Virus record (IMG/VR): IMGVR_UViG_3300037566_000044
Location: 1-62,872 of that record
Length of the DNA stretch: 62,872 nucleotides
Reading direction: 5' to 3' (one strand)
From: a virus
Lineage: Duplodnaviria > Caudoviricetes
Below the pieces are notes generated by a model. That model worked only from the letters and a program-made list of their open reading frames with translations, was not told the DNA's origin and searched no databases. Below, piece after piece: positions 47,254 through 56,667 of this stretch. Each line of letters starts with the position of its first letter. The stretch's first letter is position 1. Position numbers and translations under genes: made by a program.

Positions 47254-47838
47254 ATGACCGTAAGTGTCGCGTTCTACGAACCTGATCCGAGCGATCCGAC
47301 CTCCGGGCCGGTAACGAATACATTCCAGGGAGATCCGAGATTTATCCCTGAAGATGTCTCAACCGTGCCGATCCCGGACAACCTGGTGCTCACAGACGTT
47401 CGTATGTGGGGTGTTCAGAGTGGCCAGCTGGTCAACGTGCCTTATGTGATCGATCCCGTCGAAGTGAATATGGAGCGGGATCGTCGCGTTGCGCTCGGCA
47501 AGGCGTTTGATCTGTCCACCTATGGCTACTCGACACCGATCCCGGTTGGTGGTGACCCGACCACGCAGACAAACCTGCTGGGTCTGGCGCTTGCCGTGAT
47601 TATGCGAAACCTGCTGCGTGATACGAACTTTCAGAACCTTCTGGCATCAGATCCGACGATGACGGAATACCGGGATGAGGTGAACACGACCCACTCGCTC
47701 AACTCGCTCCAGATGGCGATGCTATGGAGCCTGGGCGCGTCTTATGTCTCGGATGTCTTCCAGCATTCCTGGCCGCTGAAGGAGGGCACGATCCCGGAAG
47801 ACTATGCAGATGACGCAAACTGGCCGAGCCAGGCTTAG
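47254..47838 (+). CDS. Tail fibre-associated protein (DUF4376-like)
   Basis: VN.ERDRR...DY.DD..WP pattern; position after gpJ. Confidence 0.6.
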   Translation: MTVSVAFYEPDPSDPTSGPVTNTFQGDPRFIPEDVSTVPIPDNLVLTDVRMWGVQSGQLVNVPYVIDPVEVNMERDRRVALGKAFDLSTYGYSTPIPVGGDPTTQTNLLGLALAVIMRNLLRDTNFQNLLASDPTMTEYRDEVNTTHSLNSLQMAMLWSLGASYVSDVFQHSWPLKEGTIPEDYADDANWPSQA

Positions 47839-47898
47839 GGTTGTCAGATTCCGTCTAATGTAGTAAGTAAATGCTTACTGATATTCTTGGAGAATGGT

Positions 47899-48195
47899 AT
47901 GACGACCCCAACGCCTCCTGCAGTCACTCTTACCCAGCCGCGGATCGCGTTCCTGATGTCACTGGTTGCATTGGCGGGGCTCGTCTACACGGGCACCAAC
48001 AAGCTGGTCCGCACCCAGATTGAATTCGAAGCCCTCAAGGAGTCCTACGTGGAGCTCAAAGAGGGTCAGGACGCCCTGAAAGACGAAGTGAAGTCGCTGC
48101 GCGACACGGTGGATGGAGAAATCCGCCACATGACGCTGGCGATCAATCGCCTGACCGACACTCTTGAAGTCACGGTAGGGGAGGCCACCCAATGA
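47899..48195 (+). CDS. Membrane protein with coiled coil, first gene of the lysis cassette
   Basis: One TM helix; follows operator 47864. Confidence 0.6.
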   Translation: MTTPTPPAVTLTQPRIAFLMSLVALAGLVYTGTNKLVRTQIEFEALKESYVELKEGQDALKDEVKSLRDTVDGEIRHMTLAINRLTDTLEVTVGEATQ

Positions 48196-48770
48196 GCTTC
48201 TTCTCCCGTATGAAACGCCGCGCTCGCAAGAAAGAGCGCCTTGTTCTGCCTCTGAGCTGGATGCCGCGCGCCCCGATGCGCCGCATTCACCTGCACTGGA
48301 CGGCCGGCAGCTATGTCGCCTCATCGCTCGACAGAGAGCACTATCATTTCCTGGTCACCTTCGAGAACGGCAAGCCCGAGGTCGTCCGCGGCCAGCTCCC
48401 GATCGACGCTAATGTGCCGCCCCTGGTCGAAGGTGAATATGCCGCGCATACGCGCAAGGCCAACAGCTACGCCATCGGCATCGGCATCTGTGCCATGTCC
48501 GGGGCGAAGACACAGCCGCTCATCGGTGGCAAATACCCGGTCACCAAGGCGCAGTGGGAAACCGCTGTTTCGCTGATCGCGGCCCTGGCACATCGCTACA
48601 ACATCCCGGTCACCGAAAAGACCATCCTGACCCATGCCGAGATCCAGCCTAATCTGGGGATCTGGCAGCGTGGCAAATGGGATATCGCCTGGCTGCCGTT
48701 CTGGACCAAAACCATGTCGGCCAAGGCCGTCGGTGACAAGCTGCGCGCCGAGGTGAAAGAGCTTGTCTGA
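48192..48770 (+). CDS. Endolysin, N-acetylmuramoyl-L-alanine amidase
   Basis: HWTAG, YHF, AHT...NS..IG and THAE motifs. Confidence 0.88.
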   Translation: MSFFSRMKRRARKKERLVLPLSWMPRAPMRRIHLHWTAGSYVASSLDREHYHFLVTFENGKPEVVRGQLPIDANVPPLVEGEYAAHTRKANSYAIGIGICAMSGAKTQPLIGGKYPVTKAQWETAVSLIAALAHRYNIPVTEKTILTHAEIQPNLGIWQRGKWDIAWLPFWTKTMSAKAVGDKLRAEVKELV

Positions 48771-49011
48771 GGATCAGACACAAGAGAAGTCCAAGCGGAC
48801 ATTCTCGAAGCGTCTGATCGTGGCCAATATTGCTGCGGCATGGGTGACGCTGGCGGTCAGCTTCTTCACGAACAACGTGGAAGCGATCATCACCCATGTC
48901 TTCAGCTTCGTGACCGTCAATGTCGGGATCTACGCCGGCATCGGTCACATGGACTACCGCAAAATCCTCGATGTCACAGAACGCGCTGCTGAGCGCTTAA
49001 AGGAGCGTTGA
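48763..49011 (+). CDS. Holin (putative, 2 TM)
   Basis: Two hydrophobic helices, charged C-terminus, next to the endolysin. Confidence 0.65.
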   Translation: MSEDQTQEKSKRTFSKRLIVANIAAAWVTLAVSFFTNNVEAIITHVFSFVTVNVGIYAGIGHMDYRKILDVTERAAERLKER

Positions 49012-49424
49012 TGCGTCTGATACTGCAAAAGATCACGGTCGTGCTCCTGTGCGCGTCTCTCGCAGCCTGTAGCCCAGGCCAAGCGCTCAATCTGCTGACA
49101 GGCGGCGGGCCGAACGTCGCAGCGAATGTTCAGGCAGGCAAAACCAACACCCAGACGATCGGCACGACCAAGGTGACTGAGCAAAAGCTGGTCCGGCCAC
49201 AGGCGCGCACGGTTCGTCAATCGAGCGACACCAATTCGGTTCAGGCCGAGCAGGTTCAGCAAGTTGTGGTTAACGAAGGCGCGCCCTGGTCGCTGGTCTA
49301 CGCACTGATCGCACTTTGCATGGTGTTTCTGGCGCTACCCCGGGCAGATCAGATCTGGAGTGCCTTCAGAGAAGGAAATCAAGACGGACGGGACGCTTCC
49401 CGGAACCGTCTCTCTACTAATTAA
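49008..49424 (+). CDS. Unimolecular spanin (putative)
   Basis: N-terminal LAAC lipobox plus C-terminal TM helix (WSLVYALIALCMVFLAL). Confidence 0.7.
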   Translation: MMRLILQKITVVLLCASLAACSPGQALNLLTGGGPNVAANVQAGKTNTQTIGTTKVTEQKLVRPQARTVRQSSDTNSVQAEQVQQVVVNEGAPWSLVYALIALCMVFLALPRADQIWSAFREGNQDGRDASRNRLSTN

Positions 49425-49471
49425 ACATCTTCTATAGAAGGTATATAGAATATGAAGAAAGACGGTTCCGG
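49400..49471. repeat. Second inverted-repeat/AT-rich cassette
   Basis: CCGGAACCGTCTCTCTAC ... GAAGAAAGACGGTTCCGG with a 36-bp spacer. Confidence 0.8.
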
Positions 49472-51338
49472 AAAGACGCGCGAGCAGGAATTTGCGGACA
49501 TCTACAATGATGTGAAATCCTATCCTCACATCCGGGATGTCGCTATCGCTTTGGGACGCTCATATCAGACCGTCCGAAACTACGCGACGATCCTACGCGG
49601 CCGGACCGAGAAAGACCCCAATGTGCCGAAGCTGGTCTCACGCGCAGCGCCTCCGAAAAAGAAAAAGAAGACCGAGATCCCGCGGCTCTCGACCGAAGAC
49701 CTGGCCCAGGTGCGCGCAACCGAGCTGTCCAATGACATGCACCGGCTGTTTACTGATACGCTCTATCCGGTGACGAACCCCCAGGCCATGCAGATTGTGC
49801 CGGCCTTCACGTATCGGGCGAACAAATACAACGGTCGAAAAGTTAAGATCGAGGGTGCGCCACGCACCTGGTTGAGCGACACTCTTCGGGTAGCGCCGGT
49901 CGAAGACGCGCGTAACCGTGTTTTCATCTTCACTGGCGCTCAGAATGACACGCCAATTCACGCACCATTCTGGCGTAATCTGAACGCTCTTGCGGACGAG
50001 CTGGACGCAGACATCGTTGTTGGTCCTTGGACCTACGAGACCAACTGGTGGATTGAGAATAACCCGGCCAGTCGCAGTTATGACAACGCCATCTCAGATC
50101 ACCTGTGTTTCGGCCAGATGGAGATCGGCAAGGAGTTCGTGTTCTGCGGCGAGATGAACACGCTGCCGACCGCAGCCAGGCCGATCAACGATCTGACCAC
50201 CTATACACGCGGCCGCTGGGGTGTGTTCCCGCATGCACGCATTCAGCTCCTGTCGGTTCCGGCGATCAATCCCGCCGAACAGGCCTTTCAGATCATGACC
50301 ACGGGCTCTGTGACTATTCCCCAGGTGATCCCGCGCAAGGCCGGTATCAAGTCGATCTCGCATCACACCATTGGCGCCACCATCGTCGAGTTCGACGCAG
50401 AGGGCGATTTCTTCTGCCGTCAGATCATTGCCGAGGCGGACGGTTCGTTCCAGGATCTCGATACCGTGGTTAGGAATGGACGCGTATCCCGCGGTAATCC
50501 TATCGAGGCCCTTACAACCGGCGATTTGCACCTGGCGAAGCTGGGGTCGAAGAACGCGCTTGCGACCTTTGGCTTTGACTATCGCACGGGCCAGACCCGA
50601 ACCAACTCTTTGCTGGAGAGCCTGAAACCCGAATGGGTCTTCCTGCATGACATTCACGACCACGAAAGCCGAAATCATCACCATAAGGACGATGTAAGTC
50701 ACGCTTTCGAAATGGCTTATCGTGGTCGTGAATCCGTGCGGGAGGAGGTCGATCGCTCAGTCTCCTTCCTGCAGCAGATCCGCGGCCGGGTGAAGAATGT
50801 CAAAGTGGTCGAGTCCAATCACGACCTGGCATTGGAGCGCTACATCCGGGAAGGCCGCTATCGCGGCGACGGGATCAATCACGTCTTCGGGCTGGAGCTC
50901 GACAAGGCCTATCACGAATGGCGTCAGCGCGTTGCTGATGACCTTGATGCAGAGCTGTCACCCGAGAAGTTCTCGCTGCTGGAATGGGCGGTCAGAAATC
51001 AGTCGGCCACCGACCTCGATCACGTCAGCTGGGTCTATGACAACGACAGCTTTATCCTAAACGGCGTGCAGCTCGGCTTTCACGGCTTCCGGGGTGCAAA
51101 CGGCGCGAAAGGCACGATCACCGGCTACGCACGGATGGGCAACAAGATCACCATTGGCGACAAACACTCGCCCCAGATCCTCGATCTCGTCTACTGCGCC
51201 GGCGTCATGGAGCTGGAGCACGGCTATAACAAAGGGCCGAGCGGCTGGGCTGTCTGCCATGTGGTGCAATACCCCAATGGACACCGGACATTGGTGACCA
51301 TGAAGAAAGGAAAATGGCGCGCAAATTTTTCTGCCTAA
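49452..51338 (+). CDS. T5 A1-like calcineurin-type metallophosphoesterase/nuclease with N-terminal HTH
   Basis: T.AQN.T...F..NL; GDLH, HD..D, SNHD, HG and GDKHS motifs. Confidence 0.7.
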   Translation: MKKDGSGKTREQEFADIYNDVKSYPHIRDVAIALGRSYQTVRNYATILRGRTEKDPNVPKLVSRAAPPKKKKKTEIPRLSTEDLAQVRATELSNDMHRLFTDTLYPVTNPQAMQIVPAFTYRANKYNGRKVKIEGAPRTWLSDTLRVAPVEDARNRVFIFTGAQNDTPIHAPFWRNLNALADELDADIVVGPWTYETNWWIENNPASRSYDNAISDHLCFGQMEIGKEFVFCGEMNTLPTAARPINDLTTYTRGRWGVFPHARIQLLSVPAINPAEQAFQIMTTGSVTIPQVIPRKAGIKSISHHTIGATIVEFDAEGDFFCRQIIAEADGSFQDLDTVVRNGRVSRGNPIEALTTGDLHLAKLGSKNALATFGFDYRTGQTRTNSLLESLKPEWVFLHDIHDHESRNHHHKDDVSHAFEMAYRGRESVREEVDRSVSFLQQIRGRVKNVKVVESNHDLALERYIREGRYRGDGINHVFGLELDKAYHEWRQRVADDLDAELSPEKFSLLEWAVRNQSATDLDHVSWVYDNDSFILNGVQLGFHGFRGANGAKGTITGYARMGNKITIGDKHSPQILDLVYCAGVMELEHGYNKGPSGWAVCHVVQYPNGHRTLVTMKKGKWRANFSA

Positions 51339-51416
51339 AGTGATAAGTCAATACTTACTTATCTATTCGGAATGAGGTAGATTCCTGTAAAAGACCACCT
51401 CTCAAACGGAGACGAA

Positions 51417-52193
51417 ATGCCCAAGAAGCGCGCCGCCAATCGCCAAACAAGACAGGAGCGGCGTGCTGATCGCCGCAAAGACAAGAGAGGGCAGGGGCAC
51501 GACAAGCCCAACTTCCACGACAATGAAAACCAGCCGCCACGCAAGGGTGTAAAACCCTGGCCGGATGATAAACCGATTGTGCCTCTGACCGAGCGCCAAG
51601 CGGATTACGATGATGCGTTCCAAACCCACAAGATCGTCTTCGGCGTAGGTCCGGCTGGAACCGGCAAGACCTGGTTTGCGATCATGCGCGCCTCTCAGGC
51701 ATTGAACCGCGGCGAGATCGACAAGATCGTCCTAACCCGGCCGGCGGAATCGGCTGAAGAGGAGATGGGTCACCTGCCGGGTGAGCTGGAAGAGAAATAC
51801 GACCCCTATCTGCGTCCCGTGAAAGAGGCGCTGGAGGAGTATTTCGGCACCGGCCATCTCGAATACCTGCTGCGCAACAAGATCGTTGAGGCAATTCCGC
51901 TGGGCTTCATGCGCGGCGCGACCCTGAAAAACGCCTGGGTGATCGCAGACGAGATGCAGAATGCCACCAAGGGTCAGATTAAGATGTTTCTGACCCGGTT
52001 CGGTGAGAACGCGAAGTTTGTCGTCAATGGCGATCCCAAGCAGGTCGATATCGACGCTTACAAGTCCGGTCTGATGGATGCGGTCCAGCGCACAGCCCAT
52101 ATCGACGCGATCAAATTCATCCAATTCACCAAGGATGACATCGTGCGCGAGGGTCTCGTCCAAGAGATTGTCGAAGCTTACGAAGAAGCCTGA
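51417..52193 (+). CDS. phoH: PhoH family ATPase
   Basis: GPAGTGKT, TRP, LPG, MRG.T, ADE.QN, GD..Q.D. Confidence 0.93.
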   Translation: MPKKRAANRQTRQERRADRRKDKRGQGHDKPNFHDNENQPPRKGVKPWPDDKPIVPLTERQADYDDAFQTHKIVFGVGPAGTGKTWFAIMRASQALNRGEIDKIVLTRPAESAEEEMGHLPGELEEKYDPYLRPVKEALEEYFGTGHLEYLLRNKIVEAIPLGFMRGATLKNAWVIADEMQNATKGQIKMFLTRFGENAKFVVNGDPKQVDIDAYKSGLMDAVQRTAHIDAIKFIQFTKDDIVREGLVQEIVEAYEEA

Positions 52194-52257
52194 CGGGAAA
52201 AACGAAAAACCAACTCTGCGCTGCTATAATTGAGACATGCAGCGCAGAGGAAGAAAC

Positions 52258-52986
52258 GTGATCCGGACCTATTTCATGATGTTTGATGCAGATGCAGAAC
52301 GGGAACTGTCCTTTGAGGACGATCTTGTTATGCAGATGCACGTCCCTAAAAAGCTACAGGGGTTCGATCCCGACTTGTTTCAGACCAAGTGGTTTGATTA
52401 TCGTCGCATGACACCGGTTCAGGCGACATGCGCTTATATTAAGGCCTATACGAAGGTGTATCGGGAGATTTATGCCCGTGACATCGATCATGAACGGGCT
52501 AAGCATGTGCAGCCCACGACAGTCACGGGTCTGTTCGCTGCGCTGGCCAATAATGATGCGAAGGCCAAGCGCAAGCTCTCCGGGTTCTGGCGCGGCCGTC
52601 AGGTGGCCGATGCACTCGGTATGCCCTATGAGCTCTACATCGAGCACGCCTTTACCTATCGCATGAGACGCTGGCAGCGCGCCTACCTGCCGCAGCCCGA
52701 ACACCTCTACCACGAGTTCGACGTGGAGAAGATTCAGGAGCTGTGGGAGGAGCTGCAAGCTGGTCGCCTCTACCTGCCGGAAGACCCGGCCTTCCTGGTC
52801 CAGAACTACCAGGACATTCCGTATCAGAACGACTTCCATGAGTGGCTGTTCAAACAGGCCAAGCTTCGGGGAGACGAGGCCTACACGCTGGCCAATTTGA
52901 TAGAAAAAGACCTGATGCCGATCGACAAGGTTGCCAACCGGATCGAGCCCAGCCTTTACGAGCGCGTCGAGAGTTACCTGCAGTAA
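52258..52986 (+). CDS. Conserved protein upstream of dnaB (possible helicase loader)
   Basis: TKWFDYR.M.P motif; GTG start after GAGG. Confidence 0.7.
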   Translation: MIRTYFMMFDADAERELSFEDDLVMQMHVPKKLQGFDPDLFQTKWFDYRRMTPVQATCAYIKAYTKVYREIYARDIDHERAKHVQPTTVTGLFAALANNDAKAKRKLSGFWRGRQVADALGMPYELYIEHAFTYRMRRWQRAYLPQPEHLYHEFDVEKIQELWEELQAGRLYLPEDPAFLVQNYQDIPYQNDFHEWLFKQAKLRGDEAYTLANLIEKDLMPIDKVANRIEPSLYERVESYLQ

Positions 52987-53076
52987 CCCGTCGAACGCGC
53001 TGCTATACTTAAACAAGCGCTTATTTTTTTTCACTCATGCAGTAAGTAAGCGCTTACTTCACCAGAGGAGACGCCC

Positions 53077-54396
53077 GTGTCGGAAGCGGAAGCAACATAT
53101 GATTTTGACGAGGCCTTTCAGGAGCGCATTGCAACCATGCTGGTGCGCGACACCACCTTTGCACTCAGAGCAAAGGATCTGGTGAAGCCTGAATACTTCA
53201 CGACAGAGGCGGCCCAAGCCCTTGTGCGCGTCACCCAGAACCACCTGAATGTCTATCGCACAGCGCCCGATGTGTCGCTGATGCCGATGCTGATCAAAGA
53301 CGCGCTCACGGCCAAGCAGATCCGCAAGGACACCGTGCCGGAGATCAAGGAGCTGCTGCGTCGGGTGATGCACGGCAATACGGCCAATCCCGGGTTCGTG
53401 ATCGATCGGGTTGCTGACTTCGCCAAGCACCAGGCGATGGAGCAGGCCATTCTCGAAAGCGTCGGGCTGCTGGAGAAGGGTGATTTCGGCAAGATCGCTG
53501 AGCGTATGAAGTCGGCCCTGGCTGTTGGCGATGTCAATGAAGGCGAGGATTACGACTTCTTCAAAGAGGTCGAAAGTCGGACCCAGAAGCGCGAGGATAT
53601 CGCCGCCGGCAAGATCGTCAAAAACGGCATCACCACCGGCTATTCCGGGATCGACAAATATCTCTATCACGCCGGATGGGGCCGCAAAGAGCTGTCCTGC
53701 ATCATGGGGCCTGCAAAATCAGGGAAGTCGCTCTCGCTCGGGGATTTCTGCAAGAACGCCTCGCTGGCGGGCTACAACGTCCTCTACGTGTCTCTTGAGG
53801 TGGCTAAGGAGATCATCGCCGAGCGTGTCGATGCGGCCATGTCCGACACCATGATGCGCGAGATGCACAAGAAGCCGCAGGACGTGAAGGCAGCTATTCA
53901 GAAGGCGGAGACCGGCGCAGGCATCTTCAAGCTACAGGACCGCGCGTCAGGCACCATGAAGCCGTCACACCTGCAAAGCATGATCGAGAAATACCGCTCT
54001 GACGGGATCATCTTCGATCTGATCGCTGTGGACTATGCCGACATTATGGCTGCCGAATATCGCTCCGATGATCTGCGCGAGAACCTGCGCACCATCTACA
54101 TCGATCTCCGCGCCCTGGCTCACGAATACAACATCGCCATGCTGACAGCGACCCAGACGAACCGAGATGGCGCCAAGTCTGTGACCGCCAAAGCGACCGA
54201 CGTTGGTGATGACTGGAACAAGGCGCGCACCGTGGACATTCTGATCGGCCTGAACGCGACCGATGCAGAGAAGCGGGCAGGGGAGGCGCGTCTCTACTGG
54301 GCTCTGTCTCGAAACACCGAAGATGGCTTCACCGTCCGGATCAAGCAGAACCGCGAAAAGATGCAGTTCCTCACCGAAGTCGTTGGGAAAGAGTAA
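53077..54396 (+). CDS. dnaB: Replicative DNA helicase (DnaB-like)
   Basis: GITTG, GPAKSGKS, SLE, VDYAD, ATQ.NR. Confidence 0.92.
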   Translation: MSEAEATYDFDEAFQERIATMLVRDTTFALRAKDLVKPEYFTTEAAQALVRVTQNHLNVYRTAPDVSLMPMLIKDALTAKQIRKDTVPEIKELLRRVMHGNTANPGFVIDRVADFAKHQAMEQAILESVGLLEKGDFGKIAERMKSALAVGDVNEGEDYDFFKEVESRTQKREDIAAGKIVKNGITTGYSGIDKYLYHAGWGRKELSCIMGPAKSGKSLSLGDFCKNASLAGYNVLYVSLEVAKEIIAERVDAAMSDTMMREMHKKPQDVKAAIQKAETGAGIFKLQDRASGTMKPSHLQSMIEKYRSDGIIFDLIAVDYADIMAAEYRSDDLRENLRTIYIDLRALAHEYNIAMLTATQTNRDGAKSVTAKATDVGDDWNKARTVDILIGLNATDAEKRAGEARLYWALSRNTEDGFTVRIKQNREKMQFLTEVVGKE

Positions 54397-54740
54397 TGCA
54401 CGTCCTGGTCTGCGGTGGGCGAGATTACAAGGATCGGTCGAAAGTTTTCGCTGTCCTTGATCTCGTCCACAGCCGCCGGCCGATCACGCACGTCATTCAC
54501 GGTGAAGCGGAAGGTGCTGACACGTTCGGAAGGGAATGGGCCGAGGCTAGAGGCGTCATCGAAAAGGGACATGAGCCGGACTGGGATCTCTACGGAGGGT
54601 TTGCCGGAAATGTCAGAAACCAATGGATGCTGGACCGCGAACGGGTCGATTTGGTGATCGCCTTCCCGGGCGGCCCAGGCACCAGAGATATGAGAGGTCG
54701 GGCCAAAAGGGCCGGCAAGCCAGTTTTGAGGGTGAAGTAA
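54396..54740 (+). CDS. SLOG-family (DUF2493/YspA-like) protein
   Basis: VLVCGGRDY...IHG.A.GAD...RN..M...AFPGG.GT. Confidence 0.85.
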   Translation: MHVLVCGGRDYKDRSKVFAVLDLVHSRRPITHVIHGEAEGADTFGREWAEARGVIEKGHEPDWDLYGGFAGNVRNQWMLDRERVDLVIAFPGGPGTRDMRGRAKRAGKPVLRVK

Positions 54741-55831
54741 TGAGCCGACTTTCATTTGAGGAGATCGAGGAGGAGCTTGACCTGGAGTTCTTCCTCGACC
54801 GCGAGAGTATCCCGTTCAAGATGGGTCGCGGCGTCTCCGGGATGCAGTTCAACATCAAGACCTGCCCGTCCTGCGGTGACTCCCGCTGGCGCACATATAT
54901 GGGCGAAGAAACCGGGCGCGGAAACTGCTTCGTCTGTGGCGAAGGGTTTAACAAGCTCAAATTCGTCCACGCGCATCTGGGCAATGACAAATGGGGGCCG
55001 ACCATGTCGGTCGTCAATGAATTGCTGCATGAGCAGGGTTGGCGGCCCAAGCGTAAGGCGATGGCAGCCACGTTTGACGACGAGGTAGAGCTGCCCGCCT
55101 CGACACCCTTGCCGACAGAGGATGGGCAGAACCTGGTCTATCTGGAGCAACGGGGCTTCAACGGCGAGATTTCACGCTATTTTGGGCTGCGCTACTGCCA
55201 GTTCGGCTGGTGGAAATTCAAGAATGACGACAACACTCAGGGAACGCAGGATTTCTCCAATCGCGTGATCATTCCGGTCTACGATCTGGACGGCAAGCTC
55301 AAGACGTTTCAGGGGCGCAGCCTGCTCAAGGAGCACCCCACTAAATACCTGTTCCCGAAGGCATTGCCTGGCACCGGGCGCTATCTGCTGAACGGTCACA
55401 ATGTCATGGCCACAGACAGCGCCTGTATGGGCGAAGGCGCCTTTGACGTGGCTGCAATCAAGGTGGCCTTCGATGAGGATCATGATCTGCGCAGCGTCGT
55501 GCCGGTCGGCTCCTTCGGCAAGCACCTGTCGTATGGCAGCCAGGAAGGAGATGACCAGCTCGGCCGCTTCAACCGCCTCAAACAGCGCGGCCTCAAATTC
55601 CTGACGATCATGTGGGACGGCGAGGAGAAAGCCCTAATTGCAGCACTCAATGCCGCCAAGCTGCTGACCGGAATCGGCCTGACCGTCCGGATCGCGCTGC
55701 TGCCGCATGAGAAAGACCCGAACGAGGTCACGCCGGACGTGGTGCGCAAGGCTTACTATGAGGCTACCACCTGGACTCCGGCGATCGATGTCAAATGGCG
55801 GCTGCGCAATCCTTATCGGAGGGCTGCGTGA
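54740..55831 (+). CDS. DNA primase (zinc finger plus TOPRIM)
   Basis: CPSC...CFVC, EG.FD, WDGE, KDPNE; TAATG-coupled start. Confidence 0.88.
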   Translation: MSRLSFEEIEEELDLEFFLDRESIPFKMGRGVSGMQFNIKTCPSCGDSRWRTYMGEETGRGNCFVCGEGFNKLKFVHAHLGNDKWGPTMSVVNELLHEQGWRPKRKAMAATFDDEVELPASTPLPTEDGQNLVYLEQRGFNGEISRYFGLRYCQFGWWKFKNDDNTQGTQDFSNRVIIPVYDLDGKLKTFQGRSLLKEHPTKYLFPKALPGTGRYLLNGHNVMATDSACMGEGAFDVAAIKVAFDEDHDLRSVVPVGSFGKHLSYGSQEGDDQLGRFNRLKQRGLKFLTIMWDGEEKALIAALNAAKLLTGIGLTVRIALLPHEKDPNEVTPDVVRKAYYEATTWTPAIDVKWRLRNPYRRAA

Positions 55832-56106
55832 TGGCGATTTCAAAGATACCAATCGTGCCGTGGGACAGGGTGAACATGCTCTCGTCCAACCACGGGCAGC
55901 CTAACTGGTTTAGCAGTATATTTTTCAATGATGTCAAAACCATATCAAACACAACCCAAGAGACAACCGAGAGTTTCCGTCAGCTATCCGCAGTGCAAAC
56001 TGCTATAAGTGAAGAAACGCGAAAAGAATTCGCAAGCACCATTCGAAAGAACGTCGAAAGACACATCGAGGAGGCCGTTTTAGGTCCGGCTCCCAAGGAG
56101 AAAGCT

Positions 56107-56667
56107 ATGCCTGCAAAGCAACTGGTATATCCGATCACAGTCGAGAGTGTCTCGCTGGATCACAAGGGCGGAACCAAGTCCTATCACCTCAAGCTGGTCC
56201 ACTCTAAGAGCGGCAATTCCCTGGTCATCTATCGCTGGGGCAAGACAGGTGAGTTTGGCTCTGTGAAGGTCGAGAAGTTCGTCTTTGCCGAGGAGGCCAG
56301 CAAGGCTTTCGAGAAAAAGATGACCGAGAAGATGCGCAAGGGCTACGCGGTCAATTCAAAGCACGATCCTGCGCCCAAGACGGCGGATGATTTCGCTGAT
56401 CTGCGCAAGCTCGTTGGAAGCCCGGTTATGAGCAAACTGCAGGCGGACGAGCTCAAGCACATCGATCCCGACGCCGACACGAAAGGCATGCGCGAACGCG
56501 AAGATCCGCGCTTCACTGAGGATGGCAAGTGGGATGCAGACGCCGCGGACAGACGTGCGCGTGAGAAGCAGGCAGAAATTCGCAAGGCCCAAGAGGAGGC
56601 TAAGCGCAAAGAGGAGCAGGAAGCTCAGCAAGCCTACGCCAATGACCCTAACTTCGGAGCATTTTGA
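56107..56667 (+). CDS. WGR-domain protein
   Basis: K.Y.L...RWGK.G..G...A...F.K...EK..KGY; AAGGAG RBS; promoter copy 55977 (the ORF is open back to 55831). Confidence 0.75.
   Translation: MPAKQLVYPITVESVSLDHKGGTKSYHLKLVHSKSGNSLVIYRWGKTGEFGSVKVEKFVFAEEASKAFEKKMTEKMRKGYAVNSKHDPAPKTADDFADLRKLVGSPVMSKLQADELKHIDPDADTKGMREREDPRFTEDGKWDADAADRRAREKQAEIRKAQEEAKRKEEQEAQQAYANDPNFGAF

Noticed and set aside
45900-47838. Diversity-generating retroelement or invertible tail-fibre cassette
   Set aside because: No reverse transcriptase, template/variable repeat pair, adjacent invertase or inverted fibre genes seen
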